A stretch of 64,000 nucleotides of DNA from positions 25,860,401 through 25,924,400 of the forward strand of contig CM120641.1 of the NCBI GenBank assembly GCA_051362555.1. Reading direction: 5' to 3'. This DNA comes from Lingula anatina (taxonomy: Eukaryota > Animalia > Brachiopoda). Position numbers and translations under genes: made by a program. The notes under the pieces were generated by a model. The model ran no database searches, was not told the origin of the DNA, and saw only the letters and a list, made by a program, of their open reading frames with translations. Below, one piece after another: positions 63,501-64,000 of the stretch. Each line of letters begins with the position of its first letter. Positions within the stretch are counted from its first letter, which is position 1.

Positions 63501-64000
63501 ACATGAACCAATGCTGGTACTGATCGAAGCAAGCACAGCTGATGAGAATCAGTGGTCAAGATGAATGAAAGATGGTCCTCAGTACAATTCCTAATGCCTT
63601 AGTACACTGTAACTGCGATATGAAATGGTAAATCATAAGCTAAATCCAAAACCGAAGATTAAAATGATGACATTCATTTGTTGACTATAAGAACCGATCC
63701 AAAGCTCCAACTCCAAGACCCTGTCCAACTGGCAGTGATTTTCAAAACCAGTCCATTGCCAACAGATTTTTCTCCTCCACACTAAATCTCTGTTCCTTTA
63801 AATGCCAGCATCCGACTATATTGAATGTTCAATAAAAGCTAATCACTTCCAACACCCTGACTTGCTATTATTTGTCCCCCATTCACCAGAGGCTGAATCA
63901 TGTCAGAATAAATCTGCACAGACAAAAAGAGCAGGGATTGATAGTGAAGAGCAGAACTATCTACCATTGATTTGCAACTAAATCTTGTTAAAGCAATTGG

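Overview
AT-rich invertebrate metazoan genomic DNA with spliceosomal introns and many MITEs; there are no prokaryotic features. Most of the window is one minus-strand R7-family RGS gene (RGS6/RGS7/EGL-10-like; DEP-DHEX-GGL-RGS). I traced 15 coding exons by hand with GT-AG boundaries from 46656 down to 12781, plus a candidate alternative terminal exon at 9139-9204. One DEP exon (34950-35054) is 2 nt too short to keep frame, which is either an assembly error or a real allele. A complete 3-exon carbohydrate sulfotransferase gene (Sulfotransfer_2/CHST8-14-like, about 317 aa) is nested antisense in a 10.7-kb RGS intron. The introns also hold a decayed full-length Tc1 element, two Helentron-associated (HINE-like) elements with internal satellite arrays, an unclassified 3.2-kb CpG-rich insertion and several MITE families. 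Everything was read by eye. Family assignments come from recalled motifs, not database searches.
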